Assembly: GCA_965206645.1 (NCBI GenBank)
Contig: CBDBKE010000002.1
Span: 128,001-192,000, forward strand
Origin: Terriglobia bacterium
GTDB lineage: Bacteria > Acidobacteriota > Terriglobia > JAJPHL01 > JAPKYU01
DNA: 64,000 nt
Direction: 5' to 3'
Part shown: positions 18,500 through 28,796 of the stretch, piece after piece
Layout: the number at the start of each line of letters is the position of its first letter
Position numbering within the stretch: position 1 is the first letter of the stretch
Position numbers and translations under genes: made by a program
The notes under the pieces: generated by a model
Database searches by the model: none
Seen by the model: only the letters and a program-made list of their open reading frames with translations
What the model was told of the DNA's origin: nothing

Positions 18500-19696
18500 C
18501 TAGCTATTCGGCGGGCTTGCTCCCACGGGCACCTCGACCATGTTGCTCGGCACACCGATGTTGATGATTTCCAGGTCGTGACTAACGGGCGGGATCGCAC
18601 CCTCGGGGGGCTGGCCAGTCGGCGGGGTTATTCCCACGGGTCCCTCGACGTTCACCTGGTACAGCCCCACGAATCCCGGGGCCAGGCCGGAGCAGACCAC
18701 CTCAGCGGGAATGCCGCCGATGTTTACCAACGGCGGGCTAACGGTTCGCGCCAATGGCTCCGTGCCGGGGGCAACATTGCCGGATGGCACTTCCGGCAGG
18801 ACCGGCCCCAATCCCGTGCAAAAGATCAGCAGGAACTCGCCCGGCTGTGCCGGGTTGCTCTCGGTGACGGGCTGGAAATCTGCCGCGTGCAGGATCGCCC
18901 CGGCGCCGGTGCCCTGCTGGTTCTGCGTAAAAATCCCCGGCGATACGGCCGCAATCGCGACCGGCTGCGCCGTGCTGGTTTCACCGCCCCGTGTCACCTG
19001 CACCGTGACCACGCCCGCTCCGGATACCAGCTCAAACGGCACCTGCGCATTGATCTGCGTGCCAGAGACGAAAAATAGCGCGGCCGGTATGCCGTTGAAG
19101 GTCACACTGGTTTCTCCCAGCATGGTGGGTAGAGGCACCTCCGACGCTACCTGAGTATCGCTGGCCAGCTCCGTCCCAAAGATGGTCACGATCGCGCCCG
19201 GAGCGATAAAGGATTTGGGCTCCGTCGCCGCCCGGAAGCTGGCGCCGTTGACCACCGAGTCGGGCGGCAGGATCGGAGGCGTCGGCGGCTCGCTCAATGT
19301 GACCGCGACCGAAATAAAAAACGTCTCGCCGCTGTCGCTAGTGCCGATGACGCGTGCCTCACTGACCCCAGGCCCCGGCAAGGCCCCGTAATTAATTGTC
19401 ACGGTGAAAGACGCCCGACCCGGCTCAAACGTCGCCGAGGGCGGAACACTGAGCCAGCCTGTTCCGTTCATGAAATCCACCGAGAGAGTAAAGAGGACGC
19501 TTCCATGTCTTTCGCAGACCTGAATTGTCTCGTTTACCATCACAACATGCTGTGAAGGCGGAACTCCCATGGAGGCGGAAATACCCAGGACCCGTGGAGA
19601 CATGCAACCGCTAATGTCTTGTCCGAACGCGGGTCTCGCAAAGATCAATGCCAGACAGCAGACCGCAAAAAATACCAACCGCCGAATGGACATCAT
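18500..19696 (-). CDS. Secreted TIGR03437-type (Acidobacteria C-terminal domain) protein
   Basis: VVNGASF, IAPGAIVTIFG, FVSGTQINAQVP, SPGIFT and GLAPGFVGLYQVN motifs; N-terminal signal and BACON-like WLSV segment. Confidence 0.88.
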   Translation of the reverse strand: MMSIRRLVFFAVCCLALIFARPAFGQDISGCMSPRVLGISASMGVPPSQHVVMVNETIQVCERHGSVLFTLSVDFMNGTGWLSVPPSATFEPGRASFTVTINYGALPGPGVSEARVIGTSDSGETFFISVAVTLSEPPTPPILPPDSVVNGASFRAATEPKSFIAPGAIVTIFGTELASDTQVASEVPLPTMLGETSVTFNGIPAALFFVSGTQINAQVPFELVSGAGVVTVQVTRGGETSTAQPVAIAAVSPGIFTQNQQGTGAGAILHAADFQPVTESNPAQPGEFLLIFCTGLGPVLPEVPSGNVAPGTEPLARTVSPPLVNIGGIPAEVVCSGLAPGFVGLYQVNVEGPVGITPPTGQPPEGAIPPVSHDLEIINIGVPSNMVEVPVGASPPNS

Positions 19697-20560
19697 GTTC
19701 TCCGCCTGAGTCCCAACACGTTTCCCAGCACCTCGTTCGCTTGCCTTCCGCAGCCGGGAGAGCGTGCTTGCCTTCCGCCATGGGGCCGGCTACATGGGAT
19801 TCCCGATCGCACGCATTCTAGCAGAATGGCACAATCTGGAGGCCAGGATAGGGGGCTTCGGCGCGGCCGCTCTGAAACGAAAGAACTTGCGGCGGATTTG
19901 ACAGATTAGTCCCCACTAGTCGGTTAGCGTTTACTTATCGGAGGGACTCCCGAAACCCCAAGTGTCAGGACCCGTACGAACCGACCCGACTACGCGATAG
20001 ACACTCACAAGGGCTACGCCACCAGGGGAGGAGCCAGACAGGCCCACCTGTAGCTCGCTGACTCTGACGGTGCGGCATGTAGCCTCAAGAGGGTGCGGGT
20101 ACGGGAGTATTGGTCGTCGACAGTAAGAAAGGAAATTGGGCCAAGTCCGTCTTCACTGCCAAACACCCAAAGAGAGTTTGGGCGACCTTTCGAGCCTGCG
20201 GCATAGAGCCCGTATCTTGGAAGTCAGGTTCAGATTGTGTCGGGCGTGTTTCAACTTGCCGGTTTCAGCGTGCAGCCGCACATGTGGGTGGCCGTAAGGG
20301 GCACGATGTGCAAGCTCCACGGTAAGGGAGATCCACGTCAGTGGATGCCGCACCAGGGCGAACTGTTCCTACCTGCTTCCTGTTCCGGCTCGCCAAGCCC
20401 AGCAGCTCTGGCAATGGCTCGGCCTCGCTACAGTGATCTGAGCTTGAGTCGAGAAGGCAACTGCCGTATGCTTCTGGGCGCCGGGAAGCTCAAATCGGAA
20501 ATTCCAACTTTCGCTTGCCAGCCACCTTGAAGGCCACCGTGAAGGAGAGATAGCTGTCTG

Positions 20561-21889
20561 ATGGTTTCGAAGGGCGCGCTGTTTCGACGGGTCTGGGACT
20601 CCATCGCCGACCGTGGGCTTGAGTTGCGACGAAGATGGAGAGCGACCGGCGCCGCGTCGCTTGAATCGCTATGCCGCGAGTTACTCTTCGAACGCGGCGA
20701 GGCCTCCGGGATCGCCTTGGGGCGGGAAGTCGCCGAGCGCTACCGCCGCTTGGCGCCTTCCGCGCGAGAGGCTTTCTTTCTGGCCCTTTTGGAACCGGAC
20801 TTTCTCCCTGATCGGCAGTCTGTCCTGGCGGCGGCCGAGAAGTATCGATCCAAGCCGAATGCCGAAACGCTGGCCGAGCTGTTCGGCGCGGTTGAGCCGC
20901 CTCGTCAGGAGCTGTTCCGTCGCGTCAATCTGACACCCGGCGGAACCCAGGCGCTGGTACGGATGCGGGAAGATCTACTGCGTTTTCTGCCGGCCCGGCC
21001 GGAGCTCAAACCGGTGGATATGGATCTGCACCATCTGCTGGCTTCATGGTTCAACCCCGGGTTCCTGCGCTTGGAGCGCGTCGACTGGCACACACCGGCA
21101 AGCATCTTGGAGAAGCTGATCGAGCATGAGGCGGTTCACGAGATTCACGGCTGGGATGATCTGCGGCGGCGGCTCGCCAAGGACCGGCGGTGCTTCGCCT
21201 TCTTTCATCCAGCGCTTGCGGACGAGCCTCTGATTTTCGTCGAGGTCGCCTTGACCCGTGGACTCGCTTCTTCAATTCCGCCCTTGCTGGCCTGTGACAG
21301 TGAACCGCTGGATCTGCGGCGAGCGGATACAGCGGTTTTCTATTCCATCAGCAATTGTCTCGACGGGTTGCGTGGTATCTCGTTCGGAAATTTCCTCATC
21401 AAGCACGTCATCGCCGAGTTGCAGGCGGAAGATCTCAAATTGCGATCGTTTGCAACGCTGTCGCCCTTGCCTGGTTTCCGAACATGGTTGAATGGTTTGT
21501 CGGTCGATCGCAAGGCGGAACTGGCCGGAGGCGGCGATCTCTCCGTTTTGAACGCCGTGGAAGACACCGACTGGCACGAGAACCGCGACGCGTGCGATCG
21601 GGTTGGGCCATTGCTTTCACGGTTCTGCGCCCACTATCTCCTTAGCGAGCGCGAGGAGGGCCGTGCGGTCGACCCGGTCGCTTCATTCCACTTGGGCAAC
21701 GGGGCATCGGTGGAACAGATCAACTGGCTTGCGGATACATCCGAGAAGGGCCTGGCGCAATCCTTCGGCTTCATGGTGAACTACGCGTACCGGCCCTTCC
21801 GGATCGAGCGGAATCACGAGGCCTATGTGAAACGAAGCCGGATCGCAGCTTCTGCGAAGGTGAAAGCAATGCTCCGTGAGCGATCCTAG
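20561..21889 (+). CDS. Malonyl-CoA decarboxylase
   Basis: SWFNPGFL, HEAVHEI, DRRCFAFFHP, FYSISNC, GISFGNFLIK and FHLGNGA motifs. Confidence 0.93.
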   Translation: MVSKGALFRRVWDSIADRGLELRRRWRATGAASLESLCRELLFERGEASGIALGREVAERYRRLAPSAREAFFLALLEPDFLPDRQSVLAAAEKYRSKPNAETLAELFGAVEPPRQELFRRVNLTPGGTQALVRMREDLLRFLPARPELKPVDMDLHHLLASWFNPGFLRLERVDWHTPASILEKLIEHEAVHEIHGWDDLRRRLAKDRRCFAFFHPALADEPLIFVEVALTRGLASSIPPLLACDSEPLDLRRADTAVFYSISNCLDGLRGISFGNFLIKHVIAELQAEDLKLRSFATLSPLPGFRTWLNGLSVDRKAELAGGGDLSVLNAVEDTDWHENRDACDRVGPLLSRFCAHYLLSEREEGRAVDPVASFHLGNGASVEQINWLADTSEKGLAQSFGFMVNYAYRPFRIERNHEAYVKRSRIAASAKVKAMLRERS

Positions 21890-22033
21890 GAGCAAAATCC
21901 TGAATCCGTTGGCGGCTGGAGCTTCTATCGCAATCTTGGCTTGCACCAAGCGGGTGTGACGCATAATTCTTGGCGGCCAGCATGGAAGCCGAATGGAAGC
22001 CGACAATTTCCGTTATTGCGGAGGGTAGAGTAG

Positions 22034-23548
22034 ATGAAAAGATACACCGTTCTAAGTTGGATCGTCGTTGTCGTTCTGCTGACATTCGGTCTGCAGACCC
22101 CCGCCAGAGGTGAGGTGGTTGCGCTCAATGGAGGGCTGGGGCGGTCGCTGGAAGAGGTTGTCCTTTTCCCCTACGACAATTACAGCATTCCACTGATTTA
22201 CGGGTTGGAACTGGGCCTGATTCCAGGCAAAAAGCACAAGGAAAACCCCATCATTCGCATGGGCAAACCCGGTGAGCCCGACTCCAAAGCGGTGGCCTAC
22301 TATGGAACGGTGATAAAGATCGGAGACCAACTCCGGATGTGGTACATCGGAGCCCCCGAAGTGTACGACACTAGGGCTGGAGGCTGGCCCGGATGGGGCC
22401 TAGGGCGGGTTTGTTATGCAGTCAGTAAAGACGGCATCCACTGGGAGAAACCAGCGCTGGGCCTGGTCGAGTTTGAGGGGAGCAAACAAAACAACCTCGT
22501 CGATCTCGACATCGACCGGTTGAGAGCTTCCCTAGTCCTGTACGAACCCGATGATCCTGATCCGAACCGCCGCTTCAAGATGGTTTTCGAGAGCGATAGG
22601 TACGGGGCGAAATTCGGAGTTGCCTATAGCCCGGACGGCTTGAAGTGGAAACAATCTCCCAAAAACCCGGTTGGGCCGGTATTCGAAATGGCCGGAATGG
22701 TCAAGCTGAACGGCGCCTACTACGTCAACGGACAGGGATTAGGATATCCCAAGCGCATCTTGGTGACCCACATCTCTTACGATTTCGAAAACTGGACGCA
22801 GTCGGGGGTGGTGGGTTTCCGCAGGGACAACCTCCCCCCGCGCCTGCCGGTCTTTTTCTCGCGTGCCGGAGAACAGGTTCACCTGGGAGCCTCACTCTGG
22901 GACCGGGGTAATGTCCTGCTGGGATTCTACGGACAGTGGCACGGAGCGGACAGCAACGATCGTCGCTACATCAGTATGGACATCGGTCTAGTCCTCACTC
23001 AGGACGGTTTGCACTTCCGTGAACCGATTCCGGACTTCCGGATCATCTCGGCCGCCGAGGAGCCCGACGGGGCCCACCCCTCGCTGATCCAGGGACAGGG
23101 ATTTGAAAACCTCGGGGATCAAACTCTGGTCTGGTATGGGGGCTGGATGAGCGGTGAAGTCCGCGTGGCAACTTGGGAGCGAGATCGGCTAGGGTATTTC
23201 GAACCCGTCCGGCGCCGGAAAAGTGAAGGCCCCTTCGAAGCCTCGCACTTTGTTACTTGTCCGATACGGCTGGAGGATGCAGGAGGAAAGGTTTACGTCA
23301 ATGCCGATGGCCTTTCGGAAGACAGCTATCTGAAAGTGGAACTCCTGGACGAGCAATTGCGAGGCGTGGCGGGCTATTCGGGGACGGATAGCGCGCTGGT
23401 CAAGCAAAGCGGGCTTCGCGAGCCGGTGCAGTGGGGTAACAAAAAGAGCCTGCAAAAGTTTCCTCACGCGCTTCGTATCCGATTTACCTATGGGGGACTT
23501 CGGCCCGAGGACGCTCGGGTTTACGCCGTCTACGTAACCCAGAAGTAG
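22034..23548 (+). CDS. Secreted protein, likely five-bladed beta-propeller glycoside-hydrolase-like
   Basis: Signal peptide; repeated Asp-box-like YAVSKDGIHW, AYSPDGLKW and SYDFENW. Confidence 0.6.
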   Translation: MKRYTVLSWIVVVVLLTFGLQTPARGEVVALNGGLGRSLEEVVLFPYDNYSIPLIYGLELGLIPGKKHKENPIIRMGKPGEPDSKAVAYYGTVIKIGDQLRMWYIGAPEVYDTRAGGWPGWGLGRVCYAVSKDGIHWEKPALGLVEFEGSKQNNLVDLDIDRLRASLVLYEPDDPDPNRRFKMVFESDRYGAKFGVAYSPDGLKWKQSPKNPVGPVFEMAGMVKLNGAYYVNGQGLGYPKRILVTHISYDFENWTQSGVVGFRRDNLPPRLPVFFSRAGEQVHLGASLWDRGNVLLGFYGQWHGADSNDRRYISMDIGLVLTQDGLHFREPIPDFRIISAAEEPDGAHPSLIQGQGFENLGDQTLVWYGGWMSGEVRVATWERDRLGYFEPVRRRKSEGPFEASHFVTCPIRLEDAGGKVYVNADGLSEDSYLKVELLDEQLRGVAGYSGTDSALVKQSGLREPVQWGNKKSLQKFPHALRIRFTYGGLRPEDARVYAVYVTQK

Positions 23549-23719
23549 CAGCTGAGACTTCTGCGCGTGGCGCGGGGCACGCAAGCAGGGAGACTCAGTC
23601 CAGTTGAGCTTCTATTGAAGGCCCCGAGACTTCGCGCATTCAAGTTCAATTGGGTTCTCCGTCTCTCCAGGTCTAGGGAAACGATGCTGGTTACTGCTTT
23701 TCTCTCGCGCCTGTAAGCA

Positions 23720-24502
23720 TCAGCTCCCGGCCCCGACCACGGCTTGGTCAAAGTCGATCAGGGAGCCGGTCATCATTCCCGAATCGTCGCTGAGCAACAG
23801 CGCAACCAGTTTGACCGGATCGCTCGGGCGCAAAAGGCGCCCGAACGGAGACTTGGCTTCGGCCAGCTCCAACCAGTTGTCGGGCCGTCCCGAAGCCTTC
23901 TGTACCACATCCTCGTTTGGCGTACTCATCCAGCCGATGTTCAGACCGTTGACCCGGATTCGATCAAACAGAAGAGTATTGGCAACGTTCTTGGTCAAAG
24001 TGGCAAGCGCCCCCTTGGATGCACAGTACGGGGTGAGATAGGGTTCCCCACCGTAGCATGCCATACTGATTATATTGACGATGCTACCGGGTATCTTCTC
24101 CCGTTTCATGATACGCACCGCTTCCTGCATCAAGATAAACGGCGCCCGTGCATTCACTGCAAACTGATGGTCCCAAAGGGCCACTGAGCTGTCCTCTAAA
24201 GTGCCCCGCCTGGTATCGCCTGCAACGTTGACCAGTCCATCTACCCGGCCGAAACGGGCATCACACGCTCGCACCACCTCACGACAATCGGCCTCTTTTG
24301 AGAGGTCGGCGGGCACGTACAGGGTGGGACACCCTGCCGCCTCTAGGGCGCCGGAAACCCTTTGCCCGTTGGCGCGATTGCGTCCACAGATCACTATACC
24401 GGCAGCACCCTGCTCGACGAGATAGCGGGCAATGGCCTCACCCAAACCCTGGGTACCTCCGGTAACAATGATGATCTTTCCATTGAGTTGGGCTGTTGAC
24501 AA
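23720..24502 (-). CDS. SDR family oxidoreductase
   Basis: TGGTQGLG Rossmann motif, NVAG, YCASK (YxxxK). Confidence 0.92.
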   Translation of the reverse strand: MSTAQLNGKIIIVTGGTQGLGEAIARYLVEQGAAGIVICGRNRANGQRVSGALEAAGCPTLYVPADLSKEADCREVVRACDARFGRVDGLVNVAGDTRRGTLEDSSVALWDHQFAVNARAPFILMQEAVRIMKREKIPGSIVNIISMACYGGEPYLTPYCASKGALATLTKNVANTLLFDRIRVNGLNIGWMSTPNEDVVQKASGRPDNWLELAEAKSPFGRLLRPSDPVKLVALLLSDDSGMMTGSLIDFDQAVVGAGS

Positions 24503-24641
24503 TGTTTCTCCTTTGGTTCTTGAGTCCCGGGAACATACTCTTGTTCACCCGCGCTCTATGGCAGCAGCAGGCTCCCGGAACCCGGAATTTCCGATTTGAG
24601 GCCCCCTTCACCCAAAAGCATACGCCAGCCACGCCGGCGGC

Positions 24642-25067
24642 CTAAGAGGTGAAGTGCGGGCCGGGATCCTTGCCTTCCAGGTAGGCCTTCATACGATGTA
24701 TGAGTTCACCCCAGGTACTGTTGCACAAGGCGAAATAACCTGTTGTTGAACGCCAGTTGGCGTGGACGAAGTTGAGGATGGTAGTTCCCTCCTTCTGCGA
24801 GATTTCCCAGCTCAGGCGGGTCCCTTTCCACTCGTCGGGATCTCCCAGGCATTCCCAAACAACACGTTTCCCGGGTGTCAGCTCAACGATGCGCATGCGA
24901 AACAGAGTACTCCGATTGTTAAAGCCGAATTCGGCAGTGCTGCCGACCCGGGGCTCGGCTGCCAGGTCGACCGTCCACCAATTGCGCAGGCCTTCCGCCG
25001 TAGTGATGGCCTCGTAGACCTTCTCAGGCGGTGCATTGATCCAAATTTCGTGGTGTAGGTCCGGCAT
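24642..25067 (-). CDS. SRPBCC/AHSA1 domain protein
   Basis: INAPPEKVYEAITTAEGLRNWW; C-terminal W...KAYLE. Confidence 0.88.
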   Translation of the reverse strand: MPDLHHEIWINAPPEKVYEAITTAEGLRNWWTVDLAAEPRVGSTAEFGFNNRSTLFRMRIVELTPGKRVVWECLGDPDEWKGTRLSWEISQKEGTTILNFVHANWRSTTGYFALCNSTWGELIHRMKAYLEGKDPGPHFTS

Positions 25068-25153
25068 CGGAATCTCCTTTCGCAGATGCTTCGATCGCGA
25101 AAACTAATAACGTCCCGACGGTCTTATTCAGCCGAGCCTTATTCAGTCGAGCC

Positions 25154-26011
25154 TTATTCAGCCGATCTGGGCTTTGCGACAGCCCGGTGCACGGCCAGGA
25201 GTTTTTCCAGCAGCGGCTTGAGTTGGGACAAGGGCAGTTGCGTGGCCGGATCGGAAAGCGCAGCCTCCGGGTTGTCGTGGACCTCCATAAACAGGCCGTC
25301 GGCACCGGCGGCCACTCCCGCGGCGGCCAGCGGCTCGACAAACTCGCGCTGGCCGCCGCGGGAGTGGCCCCCGCCGCCGGGAAGCTGCAGCGAGTGGGTC
25401 GCGTCAAACACAACGGGATAGCCGAAGCCACGCAGGATGGCGAACGAACGCATGTCGACGACCAGATTGTTGTAGCCGAAGCAGGTGCCGCGCTCGGTGA
25501 CCAGGATGTTTTCATTGCCCGTGCTGGCAACCTTTTCGATGGCCCGCTCCATCTCCCCGGGTGAGAGGAACTGGCCCTTCTTGATGTTTACGGCGCGCCC
25601 AGAGCGGCCAGCGGCGAGCAAAAGATCGGTCTGCCGGCAGAGGAAGGCTGGGATTTGCAGCACATCAGCGACTTCAGCGGCGGCCGGCACCTGCCCTGGC
25701 TCGTGCACGTCGGTAAGAATGGGCACTTTTACCCTGCGCTTGATGTTCTCCAGGGCCCTGAGCCCTTCGCGCAGACCCGGACCGCGATAGGAGCCCAGGG
25801 AGGTCCGGTTGGCCTTGTCGTAGCTGCTCTTAAAAATGTACGGCAGCTTTAGCTCAGCGCACACGGCAGCGATCCGCTCAGCCAGGGAACTGGCATGAGC
25901 CTCCGACTCGATCACGCATGGGCCGGCAATGAGGAACGGCCCACGGTTGCCTCCCACACGCAGCGGACCGACGCTGACTTCTCGAAGGGTCATGTTCAAG
26001 CTCGAAAGCAT
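25154..26011 (-). CDS. kdsA: KDO 8-phosphate synthase
   Basis: IAGPCVIES, KSSYDKANRTS, QIPAFLCRQTDL, KKGQFL, TERG and DATHS motifs. Confidence 0.97.
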   Translation of the reverse strand: MLSSLNMTLREVSVGPLRVGGNRGPFLIAGPCVIESEAHASSLAERIAAVCAELKLPYIFKSSYDKANRTSLGSYRGPGLREGLRALENIKRRVKVPILTDVHEPGQVPAAAEVADVLQIPAFLCRQTDLLLAAGRSGRAVNIKKGQFLSPGEMERAIEKVASTGNENILVTERGTCFGYNNLVVDMRSFAILRGFGYPVVFDATHSLQLPGGGGHSRGGQREFVEPLAAAGVAAGADGLFMEVHDNPEAALSDPATQLPLSQLKPLLEKLLAVHRAVAKPRSAE

Positions 26012-26195
26012 AGGCTACTACAGCCGAAGCGCTGGACTCGAACGATATCCTTCCTTGCGTTCCAAACGCAAAAAGCGGCCTTCCATTCCACCGGCAAGAA
26101 CCGGCCCGGGCGTTTCAGCGCCAAAAGTCGCCACGGGATGTCACCGGAGCCCGCCGGTGATGCTATTCTGGCCTACCGACCGAGAGGTGGTCCCG

Positions 26196-26414
26196 ATGGA
26201 GCCCGCAAAGCTAAAGTCAGCAAGGCCAGAGTCAGAGGAGGCTATCCGGCGGTTGCGCGACGACTTAGGGGCAGTCCGATCCTGCGCCCTTCTCATGGCT
26301 CACGCCCCGGCCGCAGATGTCCGCAGCCGCTACCTAAGGACTCTCAACAAGCGAATTGCTTCGATGGACGAGCGATTGGCACGGCTGGCGCGGAGGACCC
26401 AGTTGGTCAGTTAG
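26196..26414 (+). CDS. Small helical hypothetical protein (72 aa)
   Basis: ATG with GAGAGG SD and an extended -10 TGcTATTCT at 26161-26169; amphipathic helices. Confidence 0.5.
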   Translation: MEPAKLKSARPESEEAIRRLRDDLGAVRSCALLMAHAPAADVRSRYLRTLNKRIASMDERLARLARRTQLVS

Positions 26415-26565
26415 AGGTGAGCGGCTCAGCCGCTGATGCACCTTACGTTGGTGCGACTTACGACGCCTTGACCGTAAGGGGAACGGTCGCCTCAGGGGCT
26501 CTTTCGCATCCGGTGTTGGCCGCCAGGACGCTACGTCGCGTGCCCTGGAGAAGGAAGGGGAAACG

Positions 26566-27651
26566 ATGCGGTGGTCATGGAAGTTAGGTGCAATCGCTGG
26601 CATCGGCATCTACGTGCACGCCACCTTTCTGCTGCTGCTGGCTTGGGTGGCGTTGATTCACTATCAGCAAGGCCGGAGTCTGGCCGCCGCGGCCAGTGGG
26701 TTGGTGTTCATCCTCACGCTGTTTGCCATCGTGGTCCTGCATGAGTTGGGGCATGCGCTGACCGCCCGGCGCTTTGGCATTGGAACGCGTGACATCACCC
26801 TGCTGCCCATCGGCGGAGTCGCACGGTTGGAGCGGATGCCCGAAGAGCCAGGGCAGGAGCTGCTGGTCGCGCTCGCAGGTCCCGCGGTCAACGTGGCGCT
26901 GGCCGCCGTGTTGTTTGTGATTCTCGTGAGCGTCGGCGGGTCGCCGGCGCTGCCGCCGATGACTGCGCTGGGCGGCTCATGGCTCGCCCGGCTGATGTGG
27001 GTCAACGTGGTGCTGGCGGTCTTTAACCTGCTACCCGCCTTCCCGATGGACGGCGGGCGAGTGCTGCGAGCCTTGCTGGCGATGAAGATGGACTACGTGC
27101 AGGCGACTCAGATCGCCGCCAACGTCGGGCAGGCCATGGCCTTGTTGTTTGGCTTCCTGGGCCTGTTCTTCAACCCGTTTCTGGTTTTCATTGCGCTGTT
27201 TGTCTGGATAGGTGCCGTTCAGGAATCGTCGATGGTGCAGATGCGGTCCGCCCTGGGTGGGATCCCCGTCAGCCAAGCTATGATCACCGACTTTCGCGCG
27301 CTCTCTCCTGATGATCCTTTATCGCGGGCTGTGGACCACGTCCTGGCGGGCTTTCAACAGGACTTTCCGGTGTTGGAAAGCGGGCAGCTGGTAGGGGTTC
27401 TGACTCGGGCCGATATGTTGAAGGGGCTGACGCAGCATGGACCTCATGCCTTAGTGGGTGATGTCATGCAGCGGCAGTTTGAGACCGCCGGACCTTTTGA
27501 GATGCTGGAGTCCGCCTTTGCACGCCTGCAAACCTGCGGCTGTCGTTCCCTGCCCGTCCTCCGAGGCGGCAGACTGGTGGGCGTCGTGACGATGGACAAC
27601 GTCAGCGAGTTGCTGATGGTTCAGGCGGCGCTTCGCAGCGGGCGACCCTGA
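26566..27651 (+). CDS. Site-2 protease (M50) with CBS domains
   Basis: [17 protein letters not shown] and a C-terminal CBS pair. Confidence 0.95.
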   Translation: MRWSWKLGAIAGIGIYVHATFLLLLAWVALIHYQQGRSLAAAASGLVFILTLFAIVVLHELGHALTARRFGIGTRDITLLPIGGVARLERMPEEPGQELLVALAGPAVNVALAAVLFVILVSVGGSPALPPMTALGGSWLARLMWVNVVLAVFNLLPAFPMDGGRVLRALLAMKMDYVQATQIAANVGQAMALLFGFLGLFFNPFLVFIALFVWIGAVQESSMVQMRSALGGIPVSQAMITDFRALSPDDPLSRAVDHVLAGFQQDFPVLESGQLVGVLTRADMLKGLTQHGPHALVGDVMQRQFETAGPFEMLESAFARLQTCGCRSLPVLRGGRLVGVVTMDNVSELLMVQAALRSGRP

Positions 27652-27658
27652 AGCCCTC

Positions 27659-27718
27659 TAGCGGCAGGCTTTTTAGCCTGCCGCCACCAGCGCTGATGTC
27701 CCAAAAGGGGGACGCTAC
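27659..27718. repeat. GTAG-type REP-like paired hairpins between convergent genes
   Basis: TAGCGGCAGGC-TTTTA-GCCTGCCGC ... GACGCTAC, related to the element at 35050-35105. Confidence 0.55.
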
Positions 27719-27724
27719 TTCACC

Positions 27725-28561
27725 TTACTTCACAGGGAGCGGTTGGGTGAGTGTGAAGTCCAGGCGGGATTCGGAGGGAATCTGGACCCGCTGGCCGCGG
27801 GTGGCAGCCTGCACCGCTGCGCCGGCGCCAGCGCCGGCAGTGGCCCCGATGGCCGCGCCTTTGCCGCCGCCGGCGATGGCGCCAATGATGGCGCCCAGCG
27901 CCGCCGTGCCTCCGACGACTTTGGCGGTCCGCTTACCGCGGGACCCACTGGCCACCTCGGCATAGCTGCTGGCCACGGCGTATTTAATCCCGCCGATGGT
28001 AATGTCGAAAAGCTTCAGCGCCACTTCATCCCGACCGGCAAACTTCCCCGATTGTTCGACGCGAACCACCTGCACGGTCACATCCGCGCCCCGCTCGACC
28101 ACGATCTTCTCGTCTACCACCAGCGGGTCGTCCAGGCTGGCCAGGAATTTTTCTCCTGCCCGCGTCACGTCGGAGTCAATGGAATCAATCATCTGGACGG
28201 TAACGACGGTGCCGACTGGCACCGAAACCGCTGTGCGCCAGCTTGGAGCTGCGGAAGCCGAGGGTCGGCGGGGTTGGGTCGGCCCGGAGGGCCGAAGCAC
28301 GACAGAGGAGCGCCGGCGGTCGGCGGGCCGCCCGGCGGTCGGCGCGGGAGCCTCTCCGAAAACGATGCTCCTGATTTCAGTGATGGAATAGACCTTCAGG
28401 ACGCCGTCTTTTCCCATGAACCGGACCTGGCGAGGGCTACCGTCCACAAAATCGCCTTCGATCGTGCGCCCGTCGCGGAGTCGCAGCGTGTCGGCGCGTA
28501 CCGCCGATACCGCAAGAACCAGCAGTGCCACAGACCAAAAACTGAATCGCACTTTCATCAC
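27725..28561 (-). CDS. Secreted hypothetical protein with TrbI-like beta domain and glycine zipper
   Basis: Signal peptide; [17 protein letters not shown]; [23 protein letters not shown]. Confidence 0.75.
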   Translation of the reverse strand: MMKVRFSFWSVALLVLAVSAVRADTLRLRDGRTIEGDFVDGSPRQVRFMGKDGVLKVYSITEIRSIVFGEAPAPTAGRPADRRRSSVVLRPSGPTQPRRPSASAAPSWRTAVSVPVGTVVTVQMIDSIDSDVTRAGEKFLASLDDPLVVDEKIVVERGADVTVQVVRVEQSGKFAGRDEVALKLFDITIGGIKYAVASSYAEVASGSRGKRTAKVVGGTAALGAIIGAIAGGGKGAAIGATAGAGAGAAVQAATRGQRVQIPSESRLDFTLTQPLPVK

Positions 28562-28796
28562 AGCATCTCTCCTCTCCGGTGCCCAGCTTCAATTCTACCA
28601 TGTACGGTCAGGAATCGCGCCGATACGGGATACACGAGCAGGTGCGTGCTTGACCTCGATTCAGGTAATCGTTTCAGGAAATGGGTGAAGACAACGGGAA
28701 TGGCCGCGCCATCGGTCTCGGATGATTGAGCTCAGTGATTAAATAGGGAATAGCCACTCGATCGTTAAAAAAGCGCTTTCACTCGTCCAGCACGTC

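Noticed and set aside
20110-20530. Short ORFs upstream of malonyl-CoA decarboxylase
   Set aside because: No recognisable family, SD or consistent frame; at most degraded fragments.
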